Shown here in pieces: positions 62,398 to 64,000 of a stretch of 64,000 nt of DNA. The DNA is taken from assembly GCA_964574895.1 (NCBI GenBank), contig CAZNPB010000001.1, positions 18,665 through 82,664 of the forward strand, read 5' to 3'. Made by a program: the position numbers and the translations under genes. The DNA comes from an uncultured Eubacteriales bacterium (lineage in GTDB: Bacteria > Acidobacteriota > Aminicenantia > Aminicenantales > Saccharicenantaceae). Numbering within the stretch: the stretch's first letter is position 1; each line of letters begins with the position of its first letter. The notes below the pieces were generated by a model that had not been told where the DNA came from, made no database searches, and saw nothing but the letters and a program-made list of their open reading frames with translations.

Positions 62398-64000
62398 ATG
62401 AGCCCCATGCCCTTCCGTCATCCCCGATCTCGGGCCGCCGCCGCGGCCGGCCTGCTGGCCCTCCTGCTCCTGGCCCCGGCCCTCCGGGCCGCGCCCCGGG
62501 CCCGCTACCTGGCCTACGCCCGGGCCTCGGCCGATTGGACCTACGCCCACAAGGCCGAGATCCTGGAGCAATGGCGCAAGACCTTCGATCCCCTCAACGT
62601 CTTCGGCTACCGGGCGCCGGGCGGCCTCCTGGAGATGGCCGTCATCTACGCCTATCTCTACGAGGCCGAGAAGAGGCCGGAGTACGCGGACCGGGCCAAG
62701 GAGATCGTCCTGACCTACGGCGACTACCGTTCCGCCTACCCCGAATCGTCGGTCAAGCTCCGCTCCGACTACGCCGACGGCGTCCCGGCCCTGTCCGACT
62801 TCTTCACCGTCATGCGCTACGTCAGGGCCTTCGACACCCTGCGCCGCCTCGGGCGCCTCTCCCCCGCCGAGGAGAAGATCGCCGCCGATCTCATCGCCGG
62901 CAGCATGCGCTACCTGCTGCGGACGGCCGAGTGGGGCCCGATGAACCGCTCGGCCCTGCGCGCCGAATCCCTGGCCTGGGCCGTCCGGGCCCTGCCGGGC
63001 CATCCCCAGGCGCCGCTCTGGGAGATGCAGCGGCGGGCTCTCGGCGACGACAACTGGGGCCACTGGCAGATCGAGGACGCCACCATCTACAACGGGGTCT
63101 GGCTCTATTCCCTGCTGGGCTACGCCGACGCCGTGGGCCGCATGAAGGACCTCTTCGCCACCCCCGAGATGCTCTACTACGCCCAATACTATTTGAACCT
63201 GATGTGCCCGGCCGGCGTCGTCCCCGATCTCGGCGACGCTCACTGGACCTCGAACTGGACCCATTTCCTGATCTATTTCGAGGCCGCGGCGGCCGCTCTG
63301 AAGAACCCGGGCCTCAAATGGGCGGCCGAGACGATCGCGGCCAAGTTCGTCGATCTTTCCAAGCCGACGAGCGCCGGCCTCGGGGCCATGCTCCTGGACG
63401 CTTACCGCTGGGGGACGGACGCCGTCCGGCCGGCCCCGCCGACGGCCCTGTCCATGGAGGTCCTGGAGGACATCGTCGGCAAGAAGATGGTCTTCCGCGA
63501 CGGCTGGTCGCCGCGGTCGAGCTATCTCCTCCTCAATTACCGCGACGAGGGCGACGGCGGCCTGAACTACCGCGATTACCTCCGCGATACCATCCCGGTC
63601 GAGGAGGAGAAGATGACCCACGGCCACGCCGACGAGAACAGTCTCGTCCTGTTGATGTCCGGCGGGTCGGTCCTGCTCCACGACGGCGGCTACCGCGACT
63701 ACATGCCGTCCGGGCCCTACGGGGCCTATCGCCAGGACTACTTCCACAACCGCCTCTGCGTCCGGCCGGAGAAGATATTCTGGGGCCAGGCCCAGGGCGA
63801 ATTCCGCTACAGCGTCCGCGACGCGGTCGCCGGCCAGTCGCTGCTCGAGTTCATGCGCGACGCCGGCTCCTACCGCCGGGTCCGGACGCAGAAGGTCGAT
63901 TTCCTGACTTTCGACGATTTCGACTACGGCCGGACGCGCGTCATCGACGACGCCTGGGGCTATCAGGCCGACCGGGTCGTGGTCTACGTCAAGGATCCCG
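62398..64000 (+). CDS. Secreted heparinase II/III-like (polysaccharide-lyase fold) protein, 3' end outside the window
   Basis: Absent from the ORF track (no stop within the window). My own translation from the ATG at 62398 stays open to 64000. Signal peptide LLALLLLAPALRAAP. Heparinase II/III-type motif MTHGHADENSLVLL. GAGGAG RBS. Confidence 0.6.
   Translation, partial: MSPMPFRHPRSRAAAAAGLLALLLLAPALRAAPRARYLAYARASADWTYAHKAEILEQWRKTFDPLNVFGYRAPGGLLEMAVIYAYLYEAEKRPEYADRAKEIVLTYGDYRSAYPESSVKLRSDYADGVPALSDFFTVMRYVRAFDTLRRLGRLSPAEEKIAADLIAGSMRYLLRTAEWGPMNRSALRAESLAWAVRALPGHPQAPLWEMQRRALGDDNWGHWQIEDATIYNGVWLYSLLGYADAVGRMKDLFATPEMLYYAQYYLNLMCPAGVVPDLGDAHWTSNWTHFLIYFEAAAAALKNPGLKWAAETIAAKFVDLSKPTSAGLGAMLLDAYRWGTDAVRPAPPTALSMEVLEDIVGKKMVFRDGWSPRSSYLLLNYRDEGDGGLNYRDYLRDTIPVEEEKMTHGHADENSLVLLMSGGSVLLHDGGYRDYMPSGPYGAYRQDYFHNRLCVRPEKIFWGQAQGEFRYSVRDAVAGQSLLEFMRDAGSYRRVRTQKVDFLTFDDFDYGRTRVIDDAWGYQADRVVVYVKDP

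Noticed and set aside
62272-63747. Upstream ~490 codons of the minus-strand ORF 61339..63747
   Set aside because: The DUF362 protein starts with a Tat signal at 62271, behind an AAGGAGG RBS. The upstream part is antisense to the heparinase-like gene and has shadow-ORF composition.

Overview
This is a high-GC (about 70% by eye) bacterial chromosomal segment. I call about 52 protein-coding genes and two tRNA-Ser genes. I saw no rRNA, CRISPR array, transposase, integrase or phage gene. Because of the GC content, the six-frame track is full of long Arg/Gly/Pro/Ala-rich shadow ORFs (up to 1649 aa). I called genes only where the translation shows family motifs, signal peptides or TM segments, an RBS, or translational coupling. 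All family assignments come from motif recognition by eye, not from a search.

Gene content, left to right:
- an AT-rich (~50% GC) serine-hydrolase/beta-lactamase-family gene
- a sigma-54-dependent response regulator
- an M16 peptidase pair and an LEA_2-like lipoprotein
- a single-chain pyruvate:ferredoxin oxidoreductase whose frame is broken by a ~32-nt internal gap
- the conserved dnaX-ybaB-recR operon and an EamA transporter
- a Trp-rich repeat lipoprotein behind a near-consensus sigma-54 promoter
- rocD, tRNA-Ser(GGA), hom, tRNA-Ser(CGA), tadA, thrC and an ACC-deaminase/D-Cys-desulfhydrase-family enzyme
- a 10-Asp-box BNR/sortilin-like protein, a saccharopine-dehydrogenase-family enzyme, a URO-D-family protein and mscL with a zinc-ribbon tail
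- GH127, pilT, ggt and a PAP2 phosphatase
- a two-subunit multi-cofactor amino-acid/opine-type dehydrogenase
- a GH20 / CBM9-like / membrane-protein operon
- a GH29 / DUF2207 / NTF2-like lipoprotein / DUF4342 run
- a PilZ protein and an acyl-CoA ligase
- a Gfo/Idh/MocA + TIM-barrel-DUF1080 + MFS cluster
- a protease / PD40-propeller / Omp85-barrel fusion outer-membrane protein
- a six-gene permease / micro-protein / zinc-hydrolase / two C69 dipeptidases / unknown locus
- a Tat-DUF362 + unknown secreted-protein pair
- a partial heparinase II/III-like gene

Most notable observations:
1. The 53.5-60.4 kb peptide/acyl-amino-acid locus is my best candidate for an undescribed system.
2. The AT-rich hydrolase cassette is bracketed by a 75-bp duplication of the regulator gene's 3' end.
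3. The PFOR gene is disrupted.
4. A ~67-nt intergenic element is present twice.
5. There is a strong sigma-54 promoter.
6. A 'TGTGCTAnnAT' extended -10 motif recurs upstream of genes.

I cannot assign taxonomy from sequence alone. The gene content is reminiscent of Acidobacteriota-like uncultured Gram-negative lineages.
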